From NCBI RefSeq assembly GCF_006345805.1, contig NC_042998.1, positions 114,886,001-114,950,000 on the forward strand: a stretch of 64,000 nt of DNA. Direction: 5' to 3'. The position numbers were made by a program, and so were the translations under genes. The stretch is from Octopus sinensis. Its lineage: Eukaryota. Below the pieces are notes generated by a model. It made no database searches and was not told where the DNA came from. It saw only the letters and a list, made by a program, of their open reading frames with translations. This document shows, one piece after another, positions 26,053-39,874 of the stretch (its first letter is position 1; every line of letters begins with the position of its first letter).

Positions 26053-26055
26053 TAT

Positions 26056-26130
<75 letters not shown>

Positions 26131-26542
26131 TACGTATGTATGAAGAAACGAAAGTAAAGAGCACACAACACATATGATGGTAATTATGTACATTTAATAA
26201 CAGACTGACTCACATTCAGACCCACATCGAGGAGATATGCTGAGATAATGGAACAATGACAAAAAGAACGGGTAGCAAGCAAGATGTGATCCTGTTGCAA
26301 TGTCAGTCTCTCTGCAGAGCTTACGTGATCAGCCTCATAGGCGCTAGTAAGCGGAAGGATCCAGGCTGGACGTGAAGGTAGCAGAGGTTGTTTCAGTGTG
26401 ACTGTGGATCAGGGAGTGTGAGCCCTGGAAGAGCAAGCTCTTGAATGTAAATGTTCAATATCTGTGGCATTTAATAAATGTTTCCCACAATATTAAGATC
26501 CATTTGTTTTTGTGATTGTTTCCATTATATATATATTATATA

Positions 26543-26585
<43 letters not shown>

Positions 26586-27917
26586 TATTAGGAATAAATC
26601 CAAACTTACAGGGAAAAATAAGATTTAGGATTGAATCCAATTTGATAGTAAAATTATATTATATTAAATTAGAGACAAAACCACTATTAGGCAAATCATT
26701 TATATATATATATATATTATATATATATATATATATATATCTAATATATTAGAAGGTTTGGAGATGATGTACAGGTATTATATATTATAAGAAATGAGTC
26801 TACTCAGAAATCTGGATGGTTTTGTATATACTGATATTTATTAGTAAGTTACATGCTTCAGAAGGCCATAAATGAAAGCATGTAACATAGTGGAGTCTTC
26901 AAATTGAACTAAGTTTTGCAGGAATTTTCACTCTTTTTATAGTAGTATTGCGTGTGTAGTGGTGTGGAGAGATATAAGATTGTACAAGAGGGTGATGAAT
27001 GGGGAGAAAGTGAGAAAGAGCATGTGTTGTGTGTGTGTGTGTGTGCATGTGTGCGTGTGTGTGTGTATGTGTGTGTGTGTGTTTTGGGATCTGAAAGGTG
27101 TGTTAAAGGAAAAGAAGGAAAGGAAGAAAAAGGAGAGAAAGAAGAAAAAAAACTGTTGATATATTTGCAGCTGGTCAGTTTGTCGCTCTTCTCTGTATTT
27201 TACAGCCTTTAGTATGTATGTGCGTCTAGCGAATATCGTTAGGTGTGCTACCCACTCCATTAAAAGTTACTCGTAGTTAGAACCCCTAACAGAATAGCTC
27301 TGTATCATCAAAGACCTTTCCAACCATGAATAATCCATCAAATTTAATGTATCTTGAACTTTATAATCCAAATGGTATTTTCTTTTGCAATCTGTAGGAG
27401 AATGATTTTATGAATATACCTACTTTTGCTGCAGCAACTTTCAGAAGGCCATAAATGAAAGTTGTGTATTTCATGTTCATCAATAGTTACTCACTCACAC
27501 ATATACCGTATTGTACATCATCTAATCCTCTCTTCTTTTAAGTCAATTATGTGTTATTTGAACCAAATATAATTGTTAGACCTCGTATAGTGAGTGACCG
27601 AGCTTTGTCACCACAATCATTAGAAACAGTAAGAATAAAGTTAAGGTTTAACTACTTTGGAACTTCATGGCAGATTGACTACTCGAATAACTCTGTTTCA
27701 AGATCTAGTTGAATTCATGCAGACTCGTCGCTCGGGTATTGCTCATCCATTTGTCTTCCCTCTTGTCATACCCTCTTCTTATGTTAAACCTCCTCCTAGG
27801 TCTTGCGTTGATCATTAGACAAAATCTTTCCTTCCCCCAAGGTTAATTCTCTAAATGCTTGCAACGGTTCACGAAAAAAACGTTCATGACGCAGATCTAT
27901 TGTATATGATGCCTTAC

Positions 27918-27944
27918 GAAAGATACGAGTACGACCTTTTCCTC
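27918..27944 (-). CDS. Candidate 27-nt frame-preserving microexon
   Basis: Minus strand tttattttctctttcattttctgagtCAG | gaggaaaaggtcgtactcgtatctttc | GTAAGG; open in all three frames. Confidence 0.2.
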
Positions 27945-28269
27945 CTGACTCAGAAAATGAAAGAGAAAATAAATTCATGTATGAGGTAGAAATCTTTATT
28001 CACATGACCGAACAGAGTTTTCGTTGTTTCAAATGTAGACACCAAAGTGCCGTTCAGTTTACTAATGCAACTAATGTGACCATAATTCTTCCTAGTAACA
28101 ATGATGTTAGCCACATAGATTATTTTAATAACAACTATTAATGCATAGACAATAATTTTCATTACTTCCTTTTTGATTAATTTCTTAATCATTGTGTGTG
28201 TATGTGTGAATACATATATGTATACATATATATTTATATGTGGGTGCATATATGCATATATATACATGT

Positions 28270-28305
<36 letters not shown>

Positions 28306-29784
28306 GTATATATATGTATATATATGTATATATATGTATATATATATAGGTGAGTGTGTATATGCATGTATGTATATAGTAACACACACATACCCAGAGG
28401 AACACACGCACATATGTATATAAATATATATTTCTTAATGGATTAATTAATTGATTGATCTAATGTAGATTAGATCTTGGCTTTATTTAATTTTGCAATT
28501 AGCATTTCACATGCATATATGCATGAATATATGTGCCTGTGTATTTATGCATGTATGTACACATAGATACGCTCGCACATCTATGTACATATGTACGTGT
28601 GTGCGTATTAACCTGTGTTTGTGTGTGTATGTGTATGAATATGAGAGTGTTTATTAGTGTGACTGTATATATATATATATGTATGCACACACAAAGAGAA
28701 CGAGAGAGCGAGCTAGCGAGAGAGAGAGAGAGAGACAGACAGACAGAGAGGGAGAATGTGTTCACATGAGATATCTTCTATGCACTTTTTGTCAGTTTTC
28801 TTTTGTTGCTAAATAGCAGTTGCATTAAAAAGTCAAAAGAACAATTTTCACCAAACTGTAAATAACACGTGACTGTTGAATTACTGAGGAGAATACCTCC
28901 TCAGGTTTCACTTCACTGAACGTTAATGACATTTCAGGATTATTTCAAATCATTCTGTTGTGTTATTTATGCGTTATTACTGATAAAGAATGATTAATTT
29001 TGATACATTTTAGCACATTTCTTAAAAGACACTCCCTACAGTTCGTAACAAAAGTCATCGAATAAAAGTAAGTTAGCGCTAGCATAATTTTTTTATATAT
29101 ATATTACACATTAACTAGATAACTAGACATAATAACCTGTTTATGAAAGACCGATATGAATCAATAATTACTACTGTGTGCATTTGCGGGAAAAATACAC
29201 GAGTAAACTTCAGTTAGTTTTGTACTTATGACGTTATCTCAAAGCAAAAATTTCGTTTTACTTGCGAATAAATGGTGAATAGATCACAAAGTAAATGTTC
29301 AACGATATAAACTTATAAATATTTGGGAGTTTGATATTCCTATGCCAATAAATATATGATATTGGATATTCTGATATTGCTAATTTCTTGAATCTGGCTT
29401 ATCTGAATTATTGAAGTTATTGTTGATTTAGAATTTAATTTTTAGCCCCTCGTCAGCCCTTATCGACGAGTAATCCAAACCGTGTGCAACGGAAGTGTTC
29501 ATTAAGGTACATTTTATTCACGACTATGTAACATACGAGTGTTTCTGTATCTAAATTGTGATTTGATTTGAAGAGAAATATGGTTCCTATTCCCGTAGAT
29601 GCAAATTGTACTCCGCTATTGCAGAAGTTTTTCAGCGCAGATTTTGCACTCGGGGTTCAAAACTATTGACAATATAAGCGAATCAATGTAAGCCTATTTG
29701 AAATAATTTATATTTAACTAAACAAACTATAGTTATATATCGAAGATAGATAAATAGATAGAAAGCTCGCTAGGTAGCTAGAAG

Positions 29785-29843
<59 letters not shown>

Positions 29844-29881
29844 GATCTATCTCTATCTATCTATCTATATATATCTATATA

Positions 29882-29927
<46 letters not shown>

Positions 29928-30443
29928 TAGAGAGAGAGAGAGAGAGAGATAGAGAGAGAGTAGAGATAGAGAGAAGATAGAGTACAAATCATAAAAGAAT
30001 GGGCTAATTCTGATATAAAGAGATGAACTGTGTACCGTGCGTTTGATTTCTTGAATGGACACATCGAAGATATATCGAAAGTCTGACTGGTAATTATGCT
30101 TCGACTTCGAAAAGTCCGAACATGAATTTGACATCGGTAGTAATTTATCTGAGAACGTAAAATGTAATTGAATATCATAAAGTAGTTTGTACTCTGCACT
30201 ACCGAATCTGTAAATCATTCACACTTCAGCTCTATAAGCTTTAGAACTCGTAGCAAATTCTTAAATACTTTCCATGTTTATAGTATGTGATTGTCATACC
30301 TCTTTCAGTAGTTAGTTGTAACACCTACTATGTAGAATGGACATTTCCAAGGTTAAGTGTATTCTTGTCTGCTGATATAATAATGAGAGGATGTTTATTT
30401 CTGACTTCTCGGATGGATGTTGCAATATAGCTTTAACATTCGT

Positions 30444-31005
30444 AAGGCGGCGATCTGGCAGAAACGTTAGCACGCCGGCCGAGATGTGTAGCCGTATTTC
30501 GTCTGCCGTTACGTTCTGAGTTCAAATTCCGCCGAGGTCGACTTTGCCTTTCATCCTTTCGGGGTGGATAAATTAAGTACCAGTTACGCATTGGGGTCGA
30601 TGTAATCGACTTAATCCGTTTGTCTGTCCTTGTTTGTCCCCTCTGTGTGTAGCCCCTTGTGGGCAGTAAAGAAATTTCGCCGGGCGAAATTCTTTGCTGT
30701 ATTTCGTCTGTCTTTATGTTCTGAGTTCAAATTCCGCACTGGGGTCGATATAATCGACTTAATCCGTTTGTCTACCCTCGTTTGTTCCCTCTGTGTGTAG
30801 CCCCTTGTGGGCAGTAAAGAAATTTCGCCGGGCGAAATTCTTTGCTGTATTTCGTCTGTCTTTATGTTCTGAGTTCAAATTCCGCCGAGGTCGACCTTGC
30901 TTTTCATCCTTTCGGGGTCGATAAATTAAGTACTAGTACTGGTGTCAATGTAATTGATTGCCCCCTCCTCTAAAATTTCGGGCTTTGTGCCTAGAGTAGA
31001 AACGA
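30444..31005 (+). mobile_element. Composite SINE family B cluster with a ~148-bp tandem duplication
   Basis: A full copy (30444-30676) is followed by repeated units; gaaatttcgccgggcgaaattctttgctgtatttcgtctgtctttatgttctgagttcaaattccgc occurs at about 30671 and 30819. Confidence 0.88.
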
Positions 31006-33405
31006 TAATAGGTTTAACATTGGTAATACCCGGTCAAAATAATAAAAGAATAAAATAAAGATTAAAAAATACATTATCCTCGAATTGTTGACGTTTTGAA
31101 TGTAGCATAAATTTTCTACATTACTAGAACTAATTTGAGACAGGACATAGAAATATACCCACTATCAAGACGCAAACCACATTCAGACCATATCCGAGCA
31201 TCCTGGCTTTTGTTCAATATATAGTTTATTTTGACCGTTAGTTTTCCCTTTTTAAAACAAGAATATGCTATGAATTTGTGTGAGATTTCGTTCCTCTAAC
31301 ATCTGATACGATTTGAAAGACATTGATTTCCTAATTCGCACAGATTACTTGATTTGAAGGAGGATTGACTTCTACTTTTCGCAGCTGTTTTGCTACTTGC
31401 AGAACAGTTGGATTTTATTTGTAGCAGGAATTATAACAACATTAATGTTTCTCGGATTGCTCAATCAGATATCTTTCATAAATCATGGTCAAATACTCTT
31501 TCTCTTCTAACTAAACCATAAAAGATAACTGAAAATTATGGCTTTAAAATCTGTCAATTATGTCTTATAAGAATACAACTAAATAAAATGTGAGTTGTGG
31601 GGATGTTCATGAGAATTAAAAGACAAAAGCACAAATATCACGTCTATATATGTTATGTACAACGCTAATAACATTGTGTGACATAAAAACTATACAATGT
31701 TTGGCTGACAGAATCATTGAATGCCTATTACTCATGATCAGTAGTAACTGAAGTATGAAACACATATTTGAAACATGTATATAATAGGGTGCAGATGGTA
31801 CTTAAAAATCAAATCAAAACAAAATAAAAAAAAATAATGAATAAGTTTGCTGATGAAATCCAAACTTTAGATCACATAGAATAAAATTCGAATTTCATAT
31901 TTGTTGGCATTCGCAGCCATTTTTCTTCTTTCAAATAACTTAATGTCTTATATCTTGGCTGAAAGATCTAACAGTTGCTAAATATCAATTTACTAAAGAC
32001 ACGGAAATTCACTAAGGATAAGATCGTGACATATTCCTTGTCCAAAAGGCATGGATATTCTTTGGATGGGGGTGGCGAGATTAAAGGTAAAAGCCCGCAA
32101 AACGCTAACAGGTGAACTGTTTGATATTGTTTACACACCGTCAACATCTTGACGTTGTTATAACGTATTCGTTTTAAAAGTCTTCTAATTTGCTTGTCTC
32201 CTGGAAAGCACAAGAATCATACATGAATATAAATTCCATCATCATCACCACCAATTCCTTAGTAGTGATGATTGTTATTGTATATTCCTTTGTGAGATGT
32301 CCATTTACACGCATCGTACACATACGTACAGGCATGCACAGGAAGACAAATATACAAATACATAGAAGTGCACATACTCATATATACACATGATTGCGGA
32401 GTGTGAATGTGTGTGTATGACTGAGAACATATATATAATCCTAGATTCATATATATATACATACATATATATAAATATTTGTATATATATATATAATATA
32501 CATATATATATATATATTTATATATACATGCATACATACATACATACATACATACATACTACATACATACATATATAATATATATTATATATATATATTA
32601 TATATATATATATATTACATATTTTATATATATATGTATGTAAATATATAAATGTGTATATATAAATCTATTTATGTATGTATATACATACATTCATCCA
32701 TACTTTGTCACAAAATATGTAAACATATGCACGCACTACTATGCACATTCCACATTATATACTCATATATACACACTGGCGACTCCACACAGCCACACAC
32801 TTATATTTACATAACTATAAGTATATATATATATACATACATATATATAAATATTTGTATATATATATATATATATATACATGATATACATACACACACA
32901 CACACACACACACATATACATATATAATATAATATACATGCATACTCACACATCCATATATATATATATATATGTATGTATGCATGAGACGTATATATTA
33001 TAGATCATGACTATTTGTTGTACATCACAATGTGTAAGCTCTCACTTATGATAAACAGAAGACTAACCATGACGTAGGTAACAACGACCATACATGATTC
33101 CCTTCTAAGCATCACAGAAATAATAAAGTAGTACGTAGTTTGAGTATCGGACTTTGATATGTCTTCCGGACCTCGTGACACTTAGTCACTGAAATTTTCC
33201 GATATATATCATCAATCAATGAAACTAAGAGTATGCTCATAAGAACAATCACACAAAAATACACATGCATGGAAATAATATACACAGACACTCACATACA
33301 TAAATACATATATATCATGCCAGTATATAAACATATGTTCACATACTCACACACTTGTATGTATAAATATTTCTGCATATACATGTCCAGACACATGCAT
33401 TTTCG

Positions 33406-33472
<67 letters not shown>

Positions 33473-33685
33473 TGTGTGTGTGTGTGTGGTGTGTGTGTGT
33501 GTGCATCCATTTTGCGAAGATTACAAAACACTCGGTCCCTGAGTCACATTGGTTACTATTCTTTCGGTGGAAAAAATATATACAGTCACGAGTTCCCCTT
33601 CCCTTGTTTGTTGCAAGAAAATTCTCTGGTTCTATCTCCGTCTACCTGTCTGTCTGTCTGTCTGTCTCTCATATGTATATATCTA

Positions 33686-33720
<35 letters not shown>

Positions 33721-33799
33721 TATAAAGTTGAGTTGGGGGTATCGCACGAGTGGGATTATATAGAAAAAAGGTTTGAAAATGCAATTAAACGATGTTTAT

Positions 33800-33844
33800 T
33801 TACTTAACCGGTTTCACTCTTTGGTAAAAGATTGTCAAAAGTAA
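33800..33844 (-). ncRNA. Degenerate minimal hammerhead
   Basis: Minus strand TTACTT-TTGACAA-TCTTT(TACC)AAAGA-GT-GAAAC-CG-GTT-AAGTAA. Perfect 6-bp stem I and palindromic ACCGGT stem III; core CTGACGA decayed to TTGACAA. Confidence 0.6.
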
Positions 33845-33859
33845 CATTAAAGTATCATT

Positions 33860-33992
33860 GAATAATATGGGTTCAAAAAAAGTTTTTTACATAATTGTCA
33901 CATTGAATATTATGCATTCAAAAAGTTTTTTACATAATTGTCACATTGGATATTATGAATTCAAAAATGTTTTTATACAAAATTGTCACATT
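33860..33992. repeat. ~44-bp minisatellite, 3 copies
   Basis: gaat(a/t)atatg..ttcaaaaa..gttttttacataattgtcacatt repeated three times, with a partial unit near 34125. Confidence 0.85.
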
Positions 33993-34245
33993 ACATGTGT
34001 AAATATAGTGTTTGGTAACAGAGAAGTTCAATAGTGTGATGAGAATATTTGGAAAAAATTGGCAGAAAAGGATAAAAACAAATATATTATTGGAAATTTG
34101 GTTGCGTTAATTATTGGTTGTCGCAAATTGTCACATTACATGTATATATATACAGTCTTTGGTATATATATACAATATTTTGACAGCAAAAATTAAAATG
34201 GATTTTTTATACATCTCAGAATATTTTAAGTTGAAGGCGAGAATG

Positions 34246-34290
34246 TGTTGTTACTAACCTGTTTGTAAAACAAACAGGTTAGTAACAACA
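34246..34290. repeat. Perfect 21-bp hairpin with a 3-nt loop
   Basis: TGTTGTTACTAACCTGTTTGT-AAA-ACAAACAGGTTAGTAACAACA. Confidence 0.95.
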
Positions 34291-35023
34291 ATGTATTAGT
34301 AGTAACATTAATATGTATTAGTAGTAACATTAATAAATCAAGAAATAAATTAAATGACCTCCTTTCTGGTTTTGCACTGAAATCTGTTAATGTTTTTTTC
34401 CTATAGTGATAATCTTTGACCCTTCTTTACCTTCCCATATCCTCTTTATATAGCAATTAACGACGGTATTTGGTCAAGATCAGCAATCCTCCTTAAAGTT
34501 CTTAGATTCTTGCAAATTCTGAATCAGTCAGTTCGTCTCCACTAAAATAAACTATTCTGCGTAGTTGGACATTTACATCCCCTTCCCCTACAAGTTACCC
34601 TAATATACCCTATGTGGTGGATTGTCTCTACGCTTCACTAACCCTCCTTCAACAAATTTAATTCTAAGTTTGGAGAAATTCTCAGAAATGTAACCAGTAT
34701 ATCACTACACATCAGGAAACACACTTTATTATGGACTAATTATGGATAAATGCATCTTCTGTGAGTACGATACCTCTCCTCGTATCTCCAGAAATCAAAC
34801 TTACTTCAATATGGATGGATTTACATTTTCATTTTCATTTTCATTTTCTGGGAAACTAAGAGGTCTTTAAAAATATTTTTTTAAAACCCGTTATATGACT
34901 GTGCAACACTAAAAGAACTTTTAGAAGTCCGTTTGTTACCTAAACCTTATTTTTATAGAGCTATCCCTGATGTTTCAGGAGTGTAACACCACGCCGTTAG
35001 ATGTTTGGAGAACCTAGATGTTT

Positions 35024-35112
35024 TTTCGGCTGATGAGTACGGGTAACTTATATTTACTGCAATTTTTGCAGCCTTAATAAAGCTGTCTTCGTACGAAACA
35101 ATTGTACCGAAA
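35024..35112 (+). ncRNA. Type I hammerhead motif with intact core and extended loop 2
   Basis: TTTCGG-CTGATGA-GTACG..(48 nt)..CGTAC-GAAAC-AATT-GTA/CCGAAA. All core nucleotides present, 6-bp stem I, 5-bp stem II, palindromic minimal stem III; predicted cut after 35106. Confidence 0.85.
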
Positions 35113-35333
35113 TATTGATCCATTCTTGTTGCTTTTTCTTATATATATACATATATATATATAATATATATATATATATATACGTATACGTACATACTTA
35201 CATATATACGTATATACATATGCATATATGGGCAAGTATGACAACATTCATACATAATCTATATCTACGTATATATATCTAGATCTATATAAGTACTTTT
35301 ATATTATACATGTGTATGAATGCATATATATAT

Positions 35334-35396
<63 letters not shown>

Positions 35397-35405
35397 GATA
35401 TATAT

Positions 35406-35441
<36 letters not shown>

Positions 35442-35826
35442 AATATGTGTATATGTATATATGAAAATTTATGCATTATATTACACACACACATGTATAT
35501 ATATATATAAACACTCATACGTACAGTCGCATGCTTGCAATCATACATTTACGTATGTGTGAGCAGCGAATGTGTTTTTGCATCAGCAATTCCAACACTG
35601 CTTGTTTGCGGCTCCCTTGGCTGCCAACCAGATTTACGAAATGTCTACAGCATTATAAGAGAAATATGAAATACATCGTGAACAGAATATTTTCTCTTGC
35701 TCTTAAAGATACACAACCTGAATACACACAAAACAACGCCCCCCCCCACATATATGCAAGTGTATGCATGAATATATGTATATATTTATAGATGTGTGTG
35801 CATATCTCCATATGTTTGTACATATG

Positions 35827-35858
<32 letters not shown>

Positions 35859-35870
35859 CACGTATGTATG

Positions 35871-35916
<46 letters not shown>

Positions 35917-35951
35917 CATACAAACATACCTACGTATATATATATGTACAA

Positions 35952-36008
<57 letters not shown>

Positions 36009-37477
36009 GTGTGTGGTGTTGTGTGTGTGTGTATGTACTTACAAAACAAGCAAATGCATTTATGTATGTATATATATTCATGCGTTATTCTTATTCATAA
36101 AAAAGTCAAACGACAGATCTAAAAAAGAAAGCGAAAAATAGGAAATACACAAATGGATAAAATAGAATATAAATATAAAAGAAACACCACAACCACCACC
36201 ACCATCATCATCATCCTCATCTTCATCATTATCATCACCATCATCACCACTGCCGCCGCCATCATCGCCACCATCGTTCTTGTCAGTAAAACAGTGTAAT
36301 AACATCAATAGGACGCCAAACACTTCGTTGGTGTGCCACCATATGTTTTACACCATGACTTTCAGAAACTATTGATAAACAGAAGACAAAGTTTAAATGC
36401 TGTATGGATATAACAGCTCTTGCGCTTCGTTTCAGCGCTCTCGGATGATTAAACGATAAACGAAATATCATTCTTTCTTTCATACATCTTCTTTATCTTA
36501 CTCTCTTTTGTTGTGGTTGTTTCAGTCGTTGTCTTTCGTCGCCGTTGCTGTTGTTGTTGCTGCTGTTGTTGTTGTCGTTGCTGCTATTGCTGTGGTTATT
36601 GTTGCTGTTGTTATTGTTGTTGTTGTTGTTATTCTTCTTCTTCTTCTTCTTCTTTTTCTTCCTCTTCTTCTTCTTCTTCTTCTTCTTCTTCTTCTTTTTC
36701 TTCTTCATCAATCTGGCTTAGTAACCTCCCTTCTCTTCTTTCTGCTGCAATCATTTGTTTGACGTACATAAATGCATACATACATACATAGCTACATACA
36801 TAAATATATACAAACATAGATGCTTGCATATATATTCACACTCACCTATATGTATATATATATATATATAATATATATAGATGTATATATATATATATCC
36901 ATAAACACACACACAACGTATATATACATATATATACGTACACTAACACGCACACAAAGATATACAGTATACAGTTTAGTCTATTCCAATACTCTCACCA
37001 GCAATCGCGCATTATTTTCTGTTGAGTTTCTGTCTCTCATTTTGCGACTCTCTCCTATTGAATGGATATGCCCTTTCACTTTTACCTCGTGCTCGCCCAC
37101 GTCATGGTCATTAATGATGATGATGATGACGGCGATGACGATGATGATGATGACGACAAAGACGATGATGTTGACGTTTGAACAGAATGTGCAATATAAT
37201 TTTGTGTACTTGTTTGTTTCTTGTACTACTTCTCACAAATCATTCTTGAACTTTGCAATTTCTCAAATGTTTGTGTACATGCAAGTACGATTATACATGA
37301 TTGTGTATGTATGTATGTATGTATGTATGCATGTATGCATGTATGTATGTATGCATGTATATATGTATATATGTTGTATAATTGAATACATCCATATATG
37401 TATAAATCATTGAATATATTATATATATATATATATTATATATATATATATTATATATATATATTATATATATATAT

Positions 37478-37512
<35 letters not shown>

Positions 37513-37796
37513 GTAATATATATATATATATATATATTTGTATGTATTGTTTGTAATACAGTATGACTGTATGCGTGCATTCGACGTTTACGATTTTTAA
37601 AAATATGTTTATAAGAAGAAATGGCAGTTGATACATAAGTTTGTATTTATCATACATAGATGTCACTATATATGTTCTTGAAATGATATTTGTATGTGTG
37701 TAAATGCATACATACACACGTAAACATTCGCAAATATTCACACACATATACGAATACAAACACGGATAAGCGTACACATTCACATACGTATATGCG

Positions 37797-37841
<45 letters not shown>

Positions 37842-37904
37842 TTCATACACATATACATGTACCTGTATTGGCATTGATGTGTGAATATGTATGCACACAC
37901 ACAC

Positions 37905-37966
<62 letters not shown>

Positions 37967-38572
37967 GCCCCCCATAACAAACATATATGTGTATATAGTA
38001 ATTTATTTTTTTCTTTCTTTTGCGTATTCTTTCGTGTGTTCCGCATTATTATTCTATGTTTTGTGTTCCCCAGAAGACGTTGGTATAACATTGCAATAAA
38101 CGATGTGAATAATAAGCGACAAACGATTGGGTTGTACAAGGAAAGTGTGGGAGCATTGGATAGAAGTAGGGAGAACTTTCTGAAAGCGTAGGTAGGTGTA
38201 GCGAATGAGAAAACGAAGGAAATAGAGTGAAATATAGAGGGAGTGAGAGAGAAAGCGTATGACAGAGAAAGAAGTAGACAGAAGGGAATAGTAAGTGTAT
38301 GGTGATGGTGAGAGGGTGTGTTTGTGAGAATATAAAAGCGATAGAATATGATATTGTGAAAAGGCGACTATGTTGTATATGAATGGTGTGGGATTTGAGT
38401 TAAATGGAAAAGGAATATGTAAGAATATTAATGTAGGAAAAGAGAAGATGAATGGTTGAACAAGATGGCGCGCTTGTTGGACTTATTGATGAATAGACAG
38501 ATAAATAAATAGAGCTAGAGAGAGAGAAAGAGGGAATCAAAGAGAGACACTCCGGCAGTCAGACTTACAGAT

Positions 38573-38637
<65 letters not shown>

Positions 38638-39703
38638 CACATACGTTCACACCTCTATACGGGCACAGGTAGCTCGAGCGGTATATAGTGCATAAGATAA
38701 ATCGGTAGTTAGGTAGCTAGATATATACAAGCGTTCACGCACACACGCACACACACATACATACACACACACACGCACATACACGACATGACGAGAGATA
38801 GTTGGGAGAGATGGTGAAATAAGTATAAAGTAAGAGAGAGTGGATAAATGGATGCTGAAGGAAAAGAATGAAAAGGAAAATTGTTGGGTAGTGCAATAGA
38901 GAAATGTGAAAGTAATAATGATGATGATGAAGAAGAAGGAGGAGAAGAAGAGGTGATAGAAGAAATCTTCTAAAAGGAAAGGCAAAAGGACAGAATAGAA
39001 AAGAAATGAAGAAATTCAAAAAAGAAAGCAAAAAGTTGATGTGAATTAGACAGTAGTAATGAAATATTTCAAGGTCAAAAACGTTTAGAAAATATGATAA
39101 TTTCTTCTCTATTGATATTCGGTTATTTAAGCTCCTATCACGTCTTCAGCCTGGCACTCGACATGGTGTTATTTTTGTGTGTATATATGTGTGTGAGTTC
39201 ATTTGTTCGTTTCTGCATCCCTTGTGTGTAACTCCACCTCCAACAAACTCTCAAAACCTTTCCTTTCATAATTGTTTTTGTTGTTATCATCATTATTATC
39301 ATTGTTGTTATTATTATTATTATTATAATTATTAACATTATTATTATTAAACTTTTTTATGGCAATATTGCTCGCATCTCACGATATTAGAAAAACATAC
39401 ACATACACATAAATATACAAAATAATATCGTCTTTTTCCACTCTTATCCTTTGCTCTATTGACTTCTTTGCTGCACAACCATTCGCCATATTTATAAAGC
39501 TGGAAGAGAGTAATTTATTCTTTTGTTAACTTTTGTTTGTTTTAACTTTTGTTTTGATTCTTGTTCTGTTTAGTAAAGACCAGTAGCGTTTATCAAACAA
39601 ACAGCATTCAGACCAAGTCTCTCACCCACTTCTCTCTCTTTCACTTTCTCTTTTTCTCTCGCCTTCTGTTACTTTATAAACTGAACGACAATCGAACATT
39701 CAC

Positions 39704-39874
39704 CTCTGCTGCCTGTTTCTTAATCAGCTCAGGTTGCAGCAATGGCGTCAGAAAGTTAACGAATAAGAGTATCACAATGGGCAAGCAATGGGGCATAGTT
39801 GTTCGCGCATCGGAGTGAACATTTTGTAATTCTGTCATGTTATGTACGAGATTGGCGGACCACAAAAACGCCAT
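39704..39874 (-). CDS. Candidate first coding exon (57 codons, includes a hydrophobic segment), unknown gene
   Basis: Kozak-like acaATGG, open frame MAFLWSANL..MPHCLPIVILLFVNFLTPLLQPELIKKQAAE and a GAG|GTGAAT donor. Unique, relatively GC- and CpG-rich sequence; no homology recognised. Confidence 0.35.

Noticed and set aside
26186-26491. Possible solo LTR (TG..AATAAA..CA)
   Set aside because: The termini are not inverted matches and there is no clear target-site duplication.
28884-28904. CTGAGGAG-AATAC-CTCCTCAG hairpin
   Set aside because: An 8-bp stem with no other context; a hairpin of this size is expected by chance in 64 kb.
29861-30218. Two overlapping open minus-strand frames
   Set aside because: Weak splice signals, partly microsatellite, no recognisable domain; strand composition bias can explain the lack of stops.
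31968-32213. Minus ORF with acceptor-like ttgtgctttccAG
   Set aside because: No strong donor, the frame is incompatible with neighbouring candidates and no homology was recognised.
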